A stretch of 64,000 nucleotides of DNA, taken from an uncultured bacterium (GTDB lineage: Bacteria; Patescibacteriota; Minisyncoccia; UBA6257; GWB1-50-10). The notes beneath the pieces were generated by a model. The model saw nothing but the letters and a program-made list of their open reading frames with translations, was not told the origin of the DNA and searched no databases. This document shows positions 1 to 9,474 of the stretch, in pieces. The translations under genes and the position numbers were made by a program. Where the stretch lies: NCBI GenBank assembly GCA_963722655.1, contig CAVRNT010000002.1:7461-71460 (forward strand), read 5' to 3'. Position 1 is the first letter of the stretch. Every line of letters starts with the position of its first letter.

Positions 1-2
1 GG

Positions 3-245
3 GCCATTGAACCGATCGATAGAAAGTTCAGGCAATTTCTTATTGATGCTCTCCCGCGAAGCACACTTCGGAGTGTCTTGGATGAAAATCGGAAGAAGCA
101 CACCGTTTTGAGCTGCCATTACTGGCAAGAAGTGTTCCTACTCAAAGAAGAGGCTATAAAGGCCGGCATAGACGACGTTCCGGCGAAGGTCAGGATTTTC
201 TCCATGTGGGATGGTATCATCCGCACAGAACTTTTAATGGGATAG
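3..245 (+). CDS. 3' end of an upstream CDS (hypothetical), entering the window in frame 3
   Basis: Open frame from base 3 to TAG at 243-245 with no internal stops; translation ...KAGIDDVPAKVRIFSMWDGIIRTELLMG; no recognisable family. Confidence 0.3.
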   Translation, partial: AIEPIDRKFRQFLIDALPRSTLRSVLDENRKKHTVLSCHYWQEVFLLKEEAIKAGIDDVPAKVRIFSMWDGIIRTELLMG

Positions 246-251
246 ACATTT

Positions 252-275
252 AGGAGGGCTCGGCCCTCCTTTTTC
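252..275 (+). terminator. Rho-independent terminator hairpin
   Basis: AGGAGGGC-tcg-GCCCTCCT 8-bp stem followed by TTTTT. Confidence 0.5.
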
Positions 276-296
276 TAATTTGCTAAGATATTAGGG

Positions 297-755
297 ATGT
301 TCAAGCAAACTTTGTACGTCATCGCGCTGGTAATCGTTCTCGCCGTCGTCAGTGCCCTCGGCTACGCCGTTTTGAAGAGCTTGAAGGCCCTGCCGGCGCA
401 AATCCAGCAAACAGCTTCTTCCTCCATCTATGATACGAGCGAGCTTCAAGTCCAAAGCCCTCTCCCGAATGCCGTCGTCCAGAGCCCGCTCACCGTCTCC
501 GGCGAAGCGGTGGGGGGCTGGTACTTCGAGGCTGTTTTCCCTGTGAGATTGACCGACGCGAACGGGAACGTCATTGCGACCGGTCAAGCTCGCGCGATGG
601 GTGACTGGACGACCACGAGCTCCGTGCCCTTCACGGCCACCATTGACTTCCAGACCGCGGCGACGCCGACCGGATTCTTGATCCTGCAGAACGATAACCC
701 CTCCGGCAACCCCGCGACCCTGAAAGAGGTGAAAATCCCGGTTCGGTTCAGGTAA
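297..755 (+). CDS. Secreted/membrane-anchored hypothetical protein with Ig-like beta-rich domain
   Basis: N-terminal hydrophobic segment (LYVIALVIVLAVVSALGYAVL), beta-rich remainder; no catalytic motif recognised. Confidence 0.5.
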   Translation: MFKQTLYVIALVIVLAVVSALGYAVLKSLKALPAQIQQTASSSIYDTSELQVQSPLPNAVVQSPLTVSGEAVGGWYFEAVFPVRLTDANGNVIATGQARAMGDWTTTSSVPFTATIDFQTAATPTGFLILQNDNPSGNPATLKEVKIPVRFR

Positions 756-772
756 TTTGGTATAATTGAAGT

Positions 773-1018
773 ATGGAAAAACTAAACGTTAGGAAGTTCG
801 CGGTCGCCTTGGGTTTCTCTTGGGCGATCGGCACGCTCGTCCTCGGGTGGGCGGCGATGAGCGGTTGGGGCGTTTCGATGGTGGATGCGCTCTCCTCGAT
901 CTACGTCGGTTACGGGCCGACCTTCTTGGGCGCCATCATCGGGGCCATCTGGGCCTTCTTCGACGGGGCGATTGGCGGGGCCATCATCGCCTGGATCTAC
1001 AACATTGCGAAGAAGTAG
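773..1018 (+). CDS. Small Gly-rich integral membrane protein
   Basis: 81 aa, two hydrophobic helices rich in G/A/I (GAIIGAIWAFFDGAIGGAIIAWIY). Confidence 0.4.
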   Translation: MEKLNVRKFAVALGFSWAIGTLVLGWAAMSGWGVSMVDALSSIYVGYGPTFLGAIIGAIWAFFDGAIGGAIIAWIYNIAKK

Positions 1019-1122
1019 TACTTGGGAAAAAGAATTCCTCGGTTCGGGGAATTCTTTTTTGTTTGAGATTAGCGTATTTATAGTGGGAATTGCTTTTCAT
1101 TTTATGATAGAATAGGAAGCTC

Positions 1123-1932
1123 ATGGATACGCCCAAAGACGACATCATAAAAGTTGCCGGCCTCACCAAGAAATTCGGCGACTTCACGGCCGTTGACGAC
1201 ATCTCCTTCGACGTGAAGCAAGGGGAGATCTTCGCCTTTCTCGGGCCGAACGGCGCGGGCAAGTCCACGACCATCAAGATGCTCACGACGGTCCTCCGGC
1301 CCACGAGCGGCGCGATGTCCTTGAACGGCCACGACCCGACGCGCGATTCGCTCGGCGCCCGCAAATCCTTCGGTATCGTCTTTCAGGACCCGAGCTTGGA
1401 CGATGAGCTCACGGCCTACGAGAACATCGAGATCCACGGTGTGCTCTACGGCGTCCCGAAGGAAGTGGGCCGCGCGCGGGCGGAACAGCTCTTGAAGTTC
1501 GTCGAGCTCTGGGACCGGCGCAACGACCTGGTCAAAGGTTTTTCGGGCGGGATGAAGCGGCGGCTCGAGATTGCCCGGGGTCTTTTGCACCATCCGAAGA
1601 TACTTTTCCTCGACGAGCCGACCCAAGGTTTGGACCCGCAGACCCGCAACCACATCTGGCAGTACATCCAGAATTTGAACAAAGAGGAGGGGGTCACAAT
1701 ATTCTTCACGACCCATTACATGGAGGAGGCGGACAAGGTGGCCCAAAGGGTGGCGGTCATCGATCACGGAAAGATTGTCGACGGCGGCACGCCGGAAGCG
1801 TTGAAAAAGAAGACCAACACTGCGTCGCTCGAGGATGCCTTCCTCTCCTTGACTGGCCATGGCCTTCGCGAAGACGCCGCGACCGGCGCCGATCATATGC
1901 GGGCCGGCGCCCGCGTTTGGAACCGTCACTAA
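1123..1932 (+). CDS. ABC transporter ATP-binding protein (ABC-2 exporter type)
   Basis: Walker A GPNGAGKST, Q-loop, signature LSGGMKRRLEIA, Walker B ILFLDEPT, H-loop. Confidence 0.9.
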   Translation: MDTPKDDIIKVAGLTKKFGDFTAVDDISFDVKQGEIFAFLGPNGAGKSTTIKMLTTVLRPTSGAMSLNGHDPTRDSLGARKSFGIVFQDPSLDDELTAYENIEIHGVLYGVPKEVGRARAEQLLKFVELWDRRNDLVKGFSGGMKRRLEIARGLLHHPKILFLDEPTQGLDPQTRNHIWQYIQNLNKEEGVTIFFTTHYMEEADKVAQRVAVIDHGKIVDGGTPEALKKKTNTASLEDAFLSLTGHGLREDAATGADHMRAGARVWNRH

Positions 1933-1939
1933 AGATAAA

Positions 1940-2692
1940 ATGCAGGCTATCTACATCATTTGGCTCAGGCAACTCAAGCGCTACGTGCGCTCCAAGTCGC
2001 GCATCGTGGGCTCCCTGGGCCAGCCGCTCCTTTTCCTCGTCGCCCTCGGTTTCGGCCTGGGTCCGATCTTCCAAAAGGCCGGCGGAGGTAATTACCTCGA
2101 CTTCCTCGCGCCGGGCATCATCGCGATGGGCATCCTTTTCACGGCGCTCTTTTCGGGCATCGAGATCATTTGGGACCGGCAGTTCGGCTTCCTCAAGGAG
2201 ATGATGGTGGCGCCCGTCTCGCGGCTCCAGATAATGGTCGGGCGGACGCTCGGCGGCGCGACGGTCGCCATCATCCAAGGGATCGTCGTTTTCATCCTCG
2301 CCTTCCTCGTCGGCTTCCGGCCGGAATATCTCACCGTCGGTACCTTCCTCCTTGCCCTCGTTTTTATGTTCCTCATCGCCGTGCTCTTCACCGCGCTCGG
2401 AACGGCCATCGCCTCGCCTTTGGACGATATGCAGGGTTTCCAGCTCATAATGAACTTCGTCGTAATGCCCCTTTTCTTCCTTTCGGGCGCGCTCTTCCCG
2501 CTTGCGGGGCTGCCGAGCGGCATCGCCCTCGTCGTAAAGATCGACCCGCTCTCCTACGGCGTGGACGGCCTGCGTCACGCCTTGACGGGCGTCGCTCAGT
2601 TCGGCTTCGGCACCGATCTTGCCGTCCTCGCCCTCATCACCGCCGCCCTCCTCGGCATCGGCACCTACTTGTTCTCCAAGATCCAGATTTAA
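1940..2692 (+). CDS. ABC-2 family transporter permease
   Basis: ATG at 1940 (MQAIYIIWLRQLKRY) inside the tabulated ORF; 6 predicted TM helices, typical ABC-2 topology; 5' overlaps ATPase stop. Confidence 0.8.
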   Translation: MQAIYIIWLRQLKRYVRSKSRIVGSLGQPLLFLVALGFGLGPIFQKAGGGNYLDFLAPGIIAMGILFTALFSGIEIIWDRQFGFLKEMMVAPVSRLQIMVGRTLGGATVAIIQGIVVFILAFLVGFRPEYLTVGTFLLALVFMFLIAVLFTALGTAIASPLDDMQGFQLIMNFVVMPLFFLSGALFPLAGLPSGIALVVKIDPLSYGVDGLRHALTGVAQFGFGTDLAVLALITAALLGIGTYLFSKIQI

Positions 2693-2792
2693 ATTCGAGC
2701 TTGATCTTGGTGATTGCTAAAAATCCACAGCAGTGGTAATTTTATTGCACCGTTATTCGTCAATTTAAGAATTAGATAGAAAGGAGCCGGTC

Positions 2793-3110
2793 ATGCTGAA
2801 GATCAAATCTAAGAGGGGAAAGGCACTTCCCCGCAACAAGCAGGTTGAATGGTTTTTAGCGCCAACGAGCGCCTTCGCGAATTTTGCCCTGGCGGAATTG
2901 AACCCCGGAGGGAACGCGGCGATCATAACCGTCGATAAGGGGCACGATAAGAGGGAGAAGCGCCATGTTTGGCTGTGCCAAGGCCTTTTCGAAGTGACGC
3001 GCCTGGTCGAAATGGTCCGTTCGGGCCATCCGGAGATCAAGTTCGAGGTTTTCCGGCGCAATCCCGATATTTCCCGCATCGCCCGGAAGGACTTTTCCAT
3101 CAACGCTTAG
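2793..3110 (+). CDS. Hypothetical protein (105 aa)
   Basis: ORF with own terminator downstream; no recognisable motif. Confidence 0.35.
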   Translation: MLKIKSKRGKALPRNKQVEWFLAPTSAFANFALAELNPGGNAAIITVDKGHDKREKRHVWLCQGLFEVTRLVEMVRSGHPEIKFEVFRRNPDISRIARKDFSINA

Positions 3111-3127
3111 TTAAGTTATCTCATAAA

Positions 3128-3158
3128 GGTAGGGGATTCGATCTCCTACCTTTTTGCT
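3128..3158 (+). terminator. Rho-independent terminator
   Basis: GGTAGGGGAT-tcg-ATCTCCTACC 10-bp stem then TTTTTGCTTT. Confidence 0.6.
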
Positions 3159-3190
3159 TTCCGACCGTCGCCGGATTAAACTGGTGAACG

Positions 3191-4903
3191 ATGGCCAAGG
3201 AAGTTGACCTGATAAAGGAAAAATTGAATTTGGTTGATTTTCTGCGGTCCTACGTCACCCTCCTCCCCGCCGGCAAGAACTTGAAGGCGCTTTGCCCCTT
3301 CCATTCGGAAAAGACAGCGTCCTTTATGGTTTCGCCGGAACGGGGCGTTTGGCACTGCTTCGGCTGCGGATTGGGCGGCGACATCATCAAGTTCGCGATG
3401 CTCTACGAGCATCTGGAGTTCCCCGAGGCCCTGCGTTTCTTGGGCGAGAGGGCCGGCATTCCCATCCAGACTTTGAGCCCGGCCCAGCAGCGTGAGTTCG
3501 GCATCCTTTACGACCTCCAGAACGTCGCCAAGGATTTCTACAAGGAGGCTCTGCAAAAAAATCCGGGCGCCCTCCAGTACCTCAAAGCGCGGGGCCTCTC
3601 GGACGAAACGATCGATGAGTTTGATCTCGGTTACGCGGCGGGCGGCGAGACCCTCGTCCTCCATCTCTTGCATGAAGGATTCGATGTCTCGGACGTCGTC
3701 CGGGCTGGACTCGCCCAGAAGAACGTCCGCGGCCTCTACCGCGATAAGTTTTCCGGCCGAGTGATCTTCCCGATCGCGAACCAGGTGGGGAAGACCGTGG
3801 GCTTCACCGGCCGGCTATTGCCCGACGACCCCTCGGTCAAGAATGCCACCGTCGAGCTCCCCAAATACCTGAACTCGCCCGAGACGCCCATCTTCAATAA
3901 ATCCCGCGTCCTCTACGGTCTGGGAAAGACCAAGCAGGCGATCGCCGAGGCGCGGAGCGTCCTCATCGTCGAGGGCCAGATGGATTTTTTGATGGCCTGG
4001 CAAACGGGCGTGAAGAACATCGTCGCCGTTTCCGGCACCGGCCTCACGCCGCAGCACCTGGAACGTCTGCGGAGCCTGGCCGACACGGTTTTGGTCAGCT
4101 TCGACAACGACGAGGCGGGCCTCCGGGCGCTCGAAAGGAGTTTGGCCAATTTCCATAACTTCGATTTTCACGTGAAGGTCATCGACCTCGGTGAGTTCAA
4201 GGACCCGGCGGACGCGGTGCTCGCCGATCCGGTTTTCTTCAAACAGGCGGTTGAATGGGCGAGGCCCGCGATGAAGCACATCTTCGGCGTCTACTTTTCG
4301 CCGAAGGTCTGGAAGGAAGGGGACATCCCGCTCCAAAAGCGGATCTTACGCCACCTCTTGGGCGAGGTCGGCACCTTGAAGAGCGCCGTCGAACAGAACA
4401 TTTGGATCAAGGAGATGGCGAAGCTCTCCGGAATTTCCGAGAACGCCTTGAACGAAGAAATGGCGGAACTGGGCGGCAGTTCCGCGGGCGGCGGGGTGGA
4501 AGGCGAGACGGCCGCGGCGCCGGATTTGGACCGCCTCGGCGCGGTCGCGAAACGCCTCGTCGCCCTCGCTTTGACAAACGCGGAATTCCTCGCTAAATTA
4601 ATGGAGCATCAAGCGCTTCTCCCGGAAAATTACGTCGCCATCCTCGCCGATCCGCAAGCCGAGGGTTCGGCCTTTCTGGAGCTCCAAGGCGCTTATGAGT
4701 TCGGCGATCTGGACGAGGACAAGAAGCGCAAGGAGTTCGGCGACCTGATCCGCCGCCTGCAGTCCTTCGGTTTGAAGAAAGAATTGGCCGGCGTCAAGAA
4801 GGCGCTCAAATCACCCGAGGCGCGGGAGAACGAGGCGGAGACCGAAAAGCTCTTGAACCGTTTCTCGGACATCACGAAGAAGATGAACGACCTCAACCAA
4901 TAA
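3191..4903 (+). CDS. dnaG: DNA primase DnaG
   Basis: CHC2 zinc finger [11 protein letters not shown]...[16 protein letters not shown] region LIVEGQMD...DNDEAG; followed by rpoD as in the MMS operon. Confidence 0.92.
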   Translation: MAKEVDLIKEKLNLVDFLRSYVTLLPAGKNLKALCPFHSEKTASFMVSPERGVWHCFGCGLGGDIIKFAMLYEHLEFPEALRFLGERAGIPIQTLSPAQQREFGILYDLQNVAKDFYKEALQKNPGALQYLKARGLSDETIDEFDLGYAAGGETLVLHLLHEGFDVSDVVRAGLAQKNVRGLYRDKFSGRVIFPIANQVGKTVGFTGRLLPDDPSVKNATVELPKYLNSPETPIFNKSRVLYGLGKTKQAIAEARSVLIVEGQMDFLMAWQTGVKNIVAVSGTGLTPQHLERLRSLADTVLVSFDNDEAGLRALERSLANFHNFDFHVKVIDLGEFKDPADAVLADPVFFKQAVEWARPAMKHIFGVYFSPKVWKEGDIPLQKRILRHLLGEVGTLKSAVEQNIWIKEMAKLSGISENALNEEMAELGGSSAGGGVEGETAAAPDLDRLGAVAKRLVALALTNAEFLAKLMEHQALLPENYVAILADPQAEGSAFLELQGAYEFGDLDEDKKRKEFGDLIRRLQSFGLKKELAGVKKALKSPEARENEAETEKLLNRFSDITKKMNDLNQ

Positions 4904-4904
4904 A

Positions 4905-6125
4905 ATGGCTTTCAAAAGAAAGACCAAAAAGAAGACCAAACGACCGGTCCGCCAGGCCAAGCCGAAGCAGACGGCGCACGAAAAGGCCAAGGCGGCGTCG
5001 GCCAAGAAAGCGCTCAAGAAAAGAAGGCCGGTCGTCGTTCCGGAGGAGTACGCCGGCAATCTGGACGAGCTCGTCCGCCGGGGCCGGAGCCGCGGCTTCG
5101 TGACCGACGCCGAGGTCTTGAACTATTTCCCCGAGGTGGAAAAGAACCTGGCCTATTTGGAAGAGGTTTATGAGCGATTGGAGAAGGAGGGCATCAAGAT
5201 AAAGGAAAGCAGTCCCTTGATGAAGGAGGTCAAAGAGTCCAAGTTCGAGGAGGTCTCGCTCCAAGAGCTCAAGGATGCGACGCGCATCGACCAAGAACTG
5301 CCGGACGCCGTCCAGATGTACTTGAAGGAGATCGGCCGCACGGCCCTGCTCACTTCGGCCGAAGAAAAGGACCTCGCGAAGCGCGCCGAAAAAGGGGACG
5401 AGCTGGCGCGGAAGCGCCTCATCCAGGCCAACTTGCGGCTGGTGGTCTCCATCGCCAAGCGCTACGTGAACCGCTCACCCCGCCTTAGCATCCTGGACCT
5501 CATTCAGGAGGGGAACATCGGCCTTTCGCGCGCCGTGGACAAATTCGATTACCGCAAGGGGTTCAAATTCTCCACTTACGCCACTTGGTGGATCCGCCAA
5601 GCCGTGACCCGCGCCCTCGCGGACTACTCGCGCACCATCCGCATTCCGGTCCATATGGTGGAGACCATCACGAAATACACCCAAACGAAGCGGGCGTTGA
5701 TGCAGGAACTCGGCCGCGAGCCGCTCCCCGAGGAGATCGCGACCGAAATGGGGATGGACGTCAAAAAGATCCACTACATCCAGAAGATCTCGCAGGAGGT
5801 TATCTCGCTCGAAGCACCGATTGGCGAGAGCGAGGATGATCTCACCCTTTCCGACTTCATCAAGGACGAGCAGAGTTTGAGTCCGGACCAGTTGGCCAAC
5901 CAGGCACTATTAAAGGACCAGATCCGCGAGATATTGGACGACCTCACGGAGCGCGAGAGGAGGATCCTCGCGATGCGCTTCGGCTTGGACGACAACATCC
6001 CGCACACCCTGGAAGAGGTGGGGAAGGTTTTCGGCGTCACGCGCGAACGCATCCGGCAGATCGAGGCCAAGGCCCTGGACAAGATCCGCCAGCACCATAA
6101 GGCCAAGAAACTCGAGGGTTATTAA
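4905..6125 (+). CDS. rpoD: RNA polymerase sigma-70 factor RpoD
   Basis: Regions 2-4 conserved: [40 protein letters not shown], region 4 [26 protein letters not shown]; Lys-rich N-terminal tail. Confidence 0.92.
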   Translation: MAFKRKTKKKTKRPVRQAKPKQTAHEKAKAASAKKALKKRRPVVVPEEYAGNLDELVRRGRSRGFVTDAEVLNYFPEVEKNLAYLEEVYERLEKEGIKIKESSPLMKEVKESKFEEVSLQELKDATRIDQELPDAVQMYLKEIGRTALLTSAEEKDLAKRAEKGDELARKRLIQANLRLVVSIAKRYVNRSPRLSILDLIQEGNIGLSRAVDKFDYRKGFKFSTYATWWIRQAVTRALADYSRTIRIPVHMVETITKYTQTKRALMQELGREPLPEEIATEMGMDVKKIHYIQKISQEVISLEAPIGESEDDLTLSDFIKDEQSLSPDQLANQALLKDQIREILDDLTERERRILAMRFGLDDNIPHTLEEVGKVFGVTRERIRQIEAKALDKIRQHHKAKKLEGY

Positions 6126-6152
6126 ACCAAAAACACCGCTCAAGGCGGTGTT

Positions 6153-6593
6153 TTAGTTCCGCTTAATTATCACGAGAGGGCCGGAGCGGTTCACGATATC
6201 CTGCAGATCATTCTCTTCCACGGCGCCTTCTTCGATGACGACTGGGTTTTCCTGAACGCGACGGGAGGCGGCATGAATGGTCCGGCCGTTACCGATGTAA
6301 AGGATGACGTGGCCGATGCCCTGCGGAAATTTGCGGTTATAAAATCCGCGTACGCCGTGAATGAAAAGCAGGTCTCCCGGCTGGATGTCTTTGAGATTGA
6401 CGGCAGCACCTTGCTCTGCTTGGAGGATGGTGCTCCGCGGAAATTCTACGCCGACTTCCTTGAAGATGTACTGGATGAAAGAGGAGCAATCGAAAAAATC
6501 CGGCGCCTCTTCCGGTTGCGCACCGTATTTGTACGGCTTGCCGATGAGCTGCTTTGCCAGCTCGACTATTTTATTCCTTTGGACATCCGTCAT
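6153..6593 (-). CDS. NlpC/P60 family (C40) cell-wall peptidase
   Basis: Catalytic Cys context YGAQPEEAPDFFDCSSFIQYIF and downstream His (GHVILYIG...IHAAS). Confidence 0.75.
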   Translation of the reverse strand: MTDVQRNKIVELAKQLIGKPYKYGAQPEEAPDFFDCSSFIQYIFKEVGVEFPRSTILQAEQGAAVNLKDIQPGDLLFIHGVRGFYNRKFPQGIGHVILYIGNGRTIHAASRRVQENPVVIEEGAVEENDLQDIVNRSGPLVIIKRN

Positions 6594-6600
6594 TAATTTG

Positions 6601-6671
6601 TCGGGCCAAGCGGAATTGAACCGCTATCATACCCACCCCAAGGGTACGTACTGCCGTTATACTATGGCCCG
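6601..6671 (-). tRNA. tRNA-Pro (anticodon GGG)
   Basis: Reverse complement folds as cloverleaf: acceptor CGGGCCA/TGGCCCG (7 bp), anticodon stem TACCC/GGGTA with loop TTGGGGT, T-arm AGCGG-TTCAATT-CCGCT, discriminator A; no encoded CCA. Confidence 0.8.
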
Positions 6672-6798
6672 CCTTTGCGGGGCCGAAGCCTCGCTGCGGC
6701 GAGGCGAAGGCCCATGCTTGATTAGTATCAAATATCCGGTATAAAGTAGCAAGTAGAAGGTAGCTAGCATAACGAACATTAAAAATAGAGGAGGAATT

Positions 6799-6993
6799 AT
6801 GAGCGCGTTCAATATTCCTGCGGGACGGCAAGCGCCTTGGGAGGGAAGTGATGATAATTCGGGTGTATTTCTATCACCAACAAGAGTGATGACAATGAAG
6901 AAGCCATCGTTTCCTAATGCCAAGCAACAACGCCAATCCGCCAAGGATAAAAAATTGCGAAAAGCAAAGAAACGAGAAGGAGAAGGTTGGTAG
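6799..6993 (+). CDS. Small hypothetical protein (64 aa), low-GC patch
   Basis: ORF ending just before a bidirectional terminator; no homology recognised. Confidence 0.2.
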   Translation: MSAFNIPAGRQAPWEGSDDNSGVFLSPTRVMTMKKPSFPNAKQQRQSAKDKKLRKAKKREGEGW

Positions 6994-7006
6994 GAGTGTT
7001 AACAAA

Positions 7007-7038
7007 AACGGTCCCATTCTTGGGACCGTTATTTTTAT
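7007..7038. terminator. Bidirectional Rho-independent terminator
   Basis: AACGGTCCCA-ttct-TGGGACCGTT 10-bp stem, A-run upstream and ATTTTTAT downstream; sits between convergent genes. Confidence 0.55.
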
Positions 7039-7232
7039 GCTTTAGCTTTTTGTCTCGTGAGCGTCTTGAGGCACTTCACGCAGACGAGCGAGCGCTTGCT
7101 TTTAACGAGGAGCCGCGTCCACTGCAAATTTGCCCGCTTCTTGCCGAAGGTTGTCGGGTTGTAGTGGGCGCGCAGGAGTTGCCGCGTGCCACTCGAGTTG
7201 TATGATTTTCCGCATTTGGCGCACTGTCGCAT
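7035..7232 (-). CDS. rpmB: 50S ribosomal protein L28
   Basis: 65 aa; MRQCAKCGKS...NSSGTR...KKRANLQWTRL...VCVKCLK matches the bL28 pattern (C-x2-C ... KR-x-ANLQ ... C-x2-C). Confidence 0.7.
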   Translation of the reverse strand: MRQCAKCGKSYNSSGTRQLLRAHYNPTTFGKKRANLQWTRLLVKSKRSLVCVKCLKTLTRQKAKA

Positions 7233-7424
7233 GGCAAGGTAAGAATAGGGGATTCAAAGCATCGTGTCAATCAACCAGTCGGCTTTTGACGGTCAATCTT
7301 GACTTCAATCAGGTATTATTGTACATTATTCACCGGTTTCTTTAATAAAAGCTTTGGGGCGAAAGCGCCCAAGCCGAGGAGTAATCCTCGAAATTAACGA
7401 ACAAAACAAAACAGGAGGTGTAAC

Positions 7425-8774
7425 TTGAAAAAGTTTTTCGTTTTCACGGCCTTTTTCATTTTCTTGAGTTCAACAATCGCGTCTTCGCAAACGCCGGTCA
7501 CTAGGGATTTCACGATCTCGGTGCAAAGCCGGGTCGTCCCTTCGAATTGGTGGATTTCGATCCCCATGTATATGTATGGAGATCCCGGCCGACCGATCGA
7601 AGGATTGGACGTCGTCATCAACTACCAGTTGCCGATCGAACATCAGTATGGTGAGTATATCGGGACATGGTCGTTTCCGAGTGACTGGTGGTGCACCGGC
7701 GGTTACGTCAGTCCGGCAGCGGACACCCTGAGGTTCGCCATGTTAGGCGAGCCGTTCAGCTTCAGTTCGGTATTTCTAGGATATTTCCCGGTATACGTTG
7801 GGGGTATCGCAGAGGGCCAGACGGTCCGACTGAACATTTCTGCGTACGTCGCGGAGAAGATAGCCGGGAGAGATACTCTCATCCAAGTCAGTTACAAGGG
7901 TGGCTATATTACCGGGTGTTCATCCGTGCTTGCGGGAGATGCGGACAACGATGGAGCATATTCGATCTTGGATCCTTTGCGGATTTTGGATATAGCGACC
8001 GGCCAATATGCTGCATCCATGATGGATTCGGTGCGTTGCGACGTCTCCGGTGACGGATACATTTCGTCGTACGACGCGTACGAGGTTTTGATGCGGGTTG
8101 TGTACCCATATTGGACCTTTGAGGTCCTTCAGGGTAACTACGGCGGAGCGAAAGGGAATACGGTGCCGGTACCCGGTACGGAAACGCCTATCTCGATACA
8201 ACTAACCGACGTCGAAGGCGGGGTCCAAGTATCACTTCCTGACAGCGTCAGCATAAATTGCGCTGACCTATCGTTCTCGAGCCCATTGACCATCGACAAG
8301 AACGTTTCTACGAACGGACTTTTCGCTTCGAGCGCGGATAGCAAGCGGATCAGCTTGATAGCGACAAGCGAAAAAATCAGCGGGAAGATCGGTTTCGTAT
8401 CAGGTGTAAGCGCTAAGGATTTGATAGTTACCGGAACGGTCGGCAACGGCACGAGGATAACGGTGGTGAAAAATATCGTTACATCAGTGTCGGACCACTC
8501 AACTGCGGTTAAAGACTTTTCTTTAGCCCAGAATTATCCCAATCCGTTCAATCCGACGACGATGATATCGTACAGCCTTCCAAAGGCAGGCAACGTCACG
8601 CTTAAGGTGTATGACATGCTTGGCCGGGAGGTGGCGGCACTGGTGAACGGAGTCGTCCCGGCAGGTCAGCACGAGGTTCAATTCGATGCTTCGTTCTTAC
8701 CGAGCGGCACATACCTGTATCGCTTAGAGGCAGGCAGTTTCACGAAAACACAGAAAATGCTGCTTCTGAAATAG
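7425..8774 (+). CDS. Secreted protein with dockerin-like Ca-binding repeats and T9SS-type (Por_Secre_tail-like) C-terminal sorting domain
   Basis: Signal peptide MKKFFVFTAFFIFLSSTIASSQ; paired D-x-D/N-x-DG segments DADNDGAYSILDPLRILD / DVSGDGYISSYDAYEVLMRVV; C-terminus SLAQNYPNPFNPTTMISYSLPKAGNVTLKVYDMLGREVA...GTYLYRLEAGSFTKTQKMLLLK typical of T9SS CTDs; region is low GC. Confidence 0.65.
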   Translation: MKKFFVFTAFFIFLSSTIASSQTPVTRDFTISVQSRVVPSNWWISIPMYMYGDPGRPIEGLDVVINYQLPIEHQYGEYIGTWSFPSDWWCTGGYVSPAADTLRFAMLGEPFSFSSVFLGYFPVYVGGIAEGQTVRLNISAYVAEKIAGRDTLIQVSYKGGYITGCSSVLAGDADNDGAYSILDPLRILDIATGQYAASMMDSVRCDVSGDGYISSYDAYEVLMRVVYPYWTFEVLQGNYGGAKGNTVPVPGTETPISIQLTDVEGGVQVSLPDSVSINCADLSFSSPLTIDKNVSTNGLFASSADSKRISLIATSEKISGKIGFVSGVSAKDLIVTGTVGNGTRITVVKNIVTSVSDHSTAVKDFSLAQNYPNPFNPTTMISYSLPKAGNVTLKVYDMLGREVAALVNGVVPAGQHEVQFDASFLPSGTYLYRLEAGSFTKTQKMLLLK

Positions 8775-8786
8775 TAATAAGTTCAC

Positions 8787-8829
8787 AAAAAGACCCATCG
8801 GCCAAAAGTCGATGGGTCTTATATTTTTC
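8787..8829. terminator. Bidirectional Rho-independent terminator
   Basis: AGACCCATCG-gccaaaagt-CGATGGGTCT stem, AAAA upstream and TATATTTTT downstream, between convergent genes. Confidence 0.6.
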
Positions 8830-8834
8830 AGAAT

Positions 8835-9452
8835 TTATCCCAGCACCGTTTGCTGATAGCTTTGCGTCGAGAAGTCGAACTTGTAGTAGTTGGCCGTGGA
8901 AGGGGCGCCGACCTGGAGAATGATGGACGTCGCCCCCGGGTCCACCTTGAAGGTCGCCGTTCCGGTCGTTCCGCCCTGGGGCGGCATCGAGTTCCAATTG
9001 CCGGTCGTCGAGAGCACCGTTTCGTTGTTGCCGGAAAGGTCGACGATCTGGAGGAAGTCCGCCGGGTTTAAGGAGCTGTAGCTCGAGGCTTGGGAGGTGA
9101 AGGCCTTAAGGTTCACGGTGATCGTCCCGTCTGGGCTCTCCGTGACGCTGTTCACGGTCACCGTCACGTTCGTCTGGGGCTGGAGGGCCGGACTCGACTC
9201 TATGGTGAAGAGGATATTGGCCGGGATGGAAACGCCGCCGGTCGGCGCAGACGACGTCGGCGTTTGATTGCTCGGCGTCGAGATCGGTGTGGAAGTGGCG
9301 ATCGTCTGGCTTTGGTTCTGGCCGCTTCCGGGCGAGTTCAAGACGACCTGCTGGATGGAGTTCAGCTGGTTGAAAATGAGATAAAAACCGCCGAGAACGA
9401 TGATCGTGAGAACGATCAAAAAGACGTAAATTGCCGTAGCGTTTCTCATCAC
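8835..9452 (-). CDS. Membrane-anchored Ser/Thr-rich extracellular protein (hypothetical)
   Basis: N-terminal TM (IYVFLIVLTIIVLGGFYLIF), low-complexity S/T/P/Q region, beta-rich C-terminal domain. Confidence 0.5.
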   Translation of the reverse strand: MMRNATAIYVFLIVLTIIVLGGFYLIFNQLNSIQQVVLNSPGSGQNQSQTIATSTPISTPSNQTPTSSAPTGGVSIPANILFTIESSPALQPQTNVTVTVNSVTESPDGTITVNLKAFTSQASSYSSLNPADFLQIVDLSGNNETVLSTTGNWNSMPPQGGTTGTATFKVDPGATSIILQVGAPSTANYYKFDFSTQSYQQTVLG

Positions 9453-9474
9453 TCTATTATATCATTACGGGGCA

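Noticed and set aside
1102-2578. Long minus-strand ORFs (275 aa and 273 aa) overlapping the ABC ATPase/permease genes
   Set aside because: Antisense to clearly conserved genes in a high-GC region where stop codons are rare; low-complexity Arg/Glu/Asp-rich translations with no motifs.
6681-6714. GC-rich palindrome GGGCCGAAGCCTCGC-tgcg-GCGAGGCGAAGGCCC next to tRNA-Pro
   Set aside because: Forms a hairpin but has no T-tract on either strand, so it is not called as an intrinsic terminator; possibly a processing or structural element. Left unannotated.
6361-6944. ORFs 6361-6744(+), 6571-6831(-), 6657-6944(-) near tRNA-Pro
   Set aside because: They overlap the tRNA-Pro gene and the NlpC/P60 gene and have no SD or motifs; the cloverleaf fold takes precedence.
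7394-7621. 75-aa minus-strand ORF overlapping the start of the 7425 secreted-protein gene
   Set aside because: Antisense to the signal-peptide region of a well-supported gene; likely spurious.
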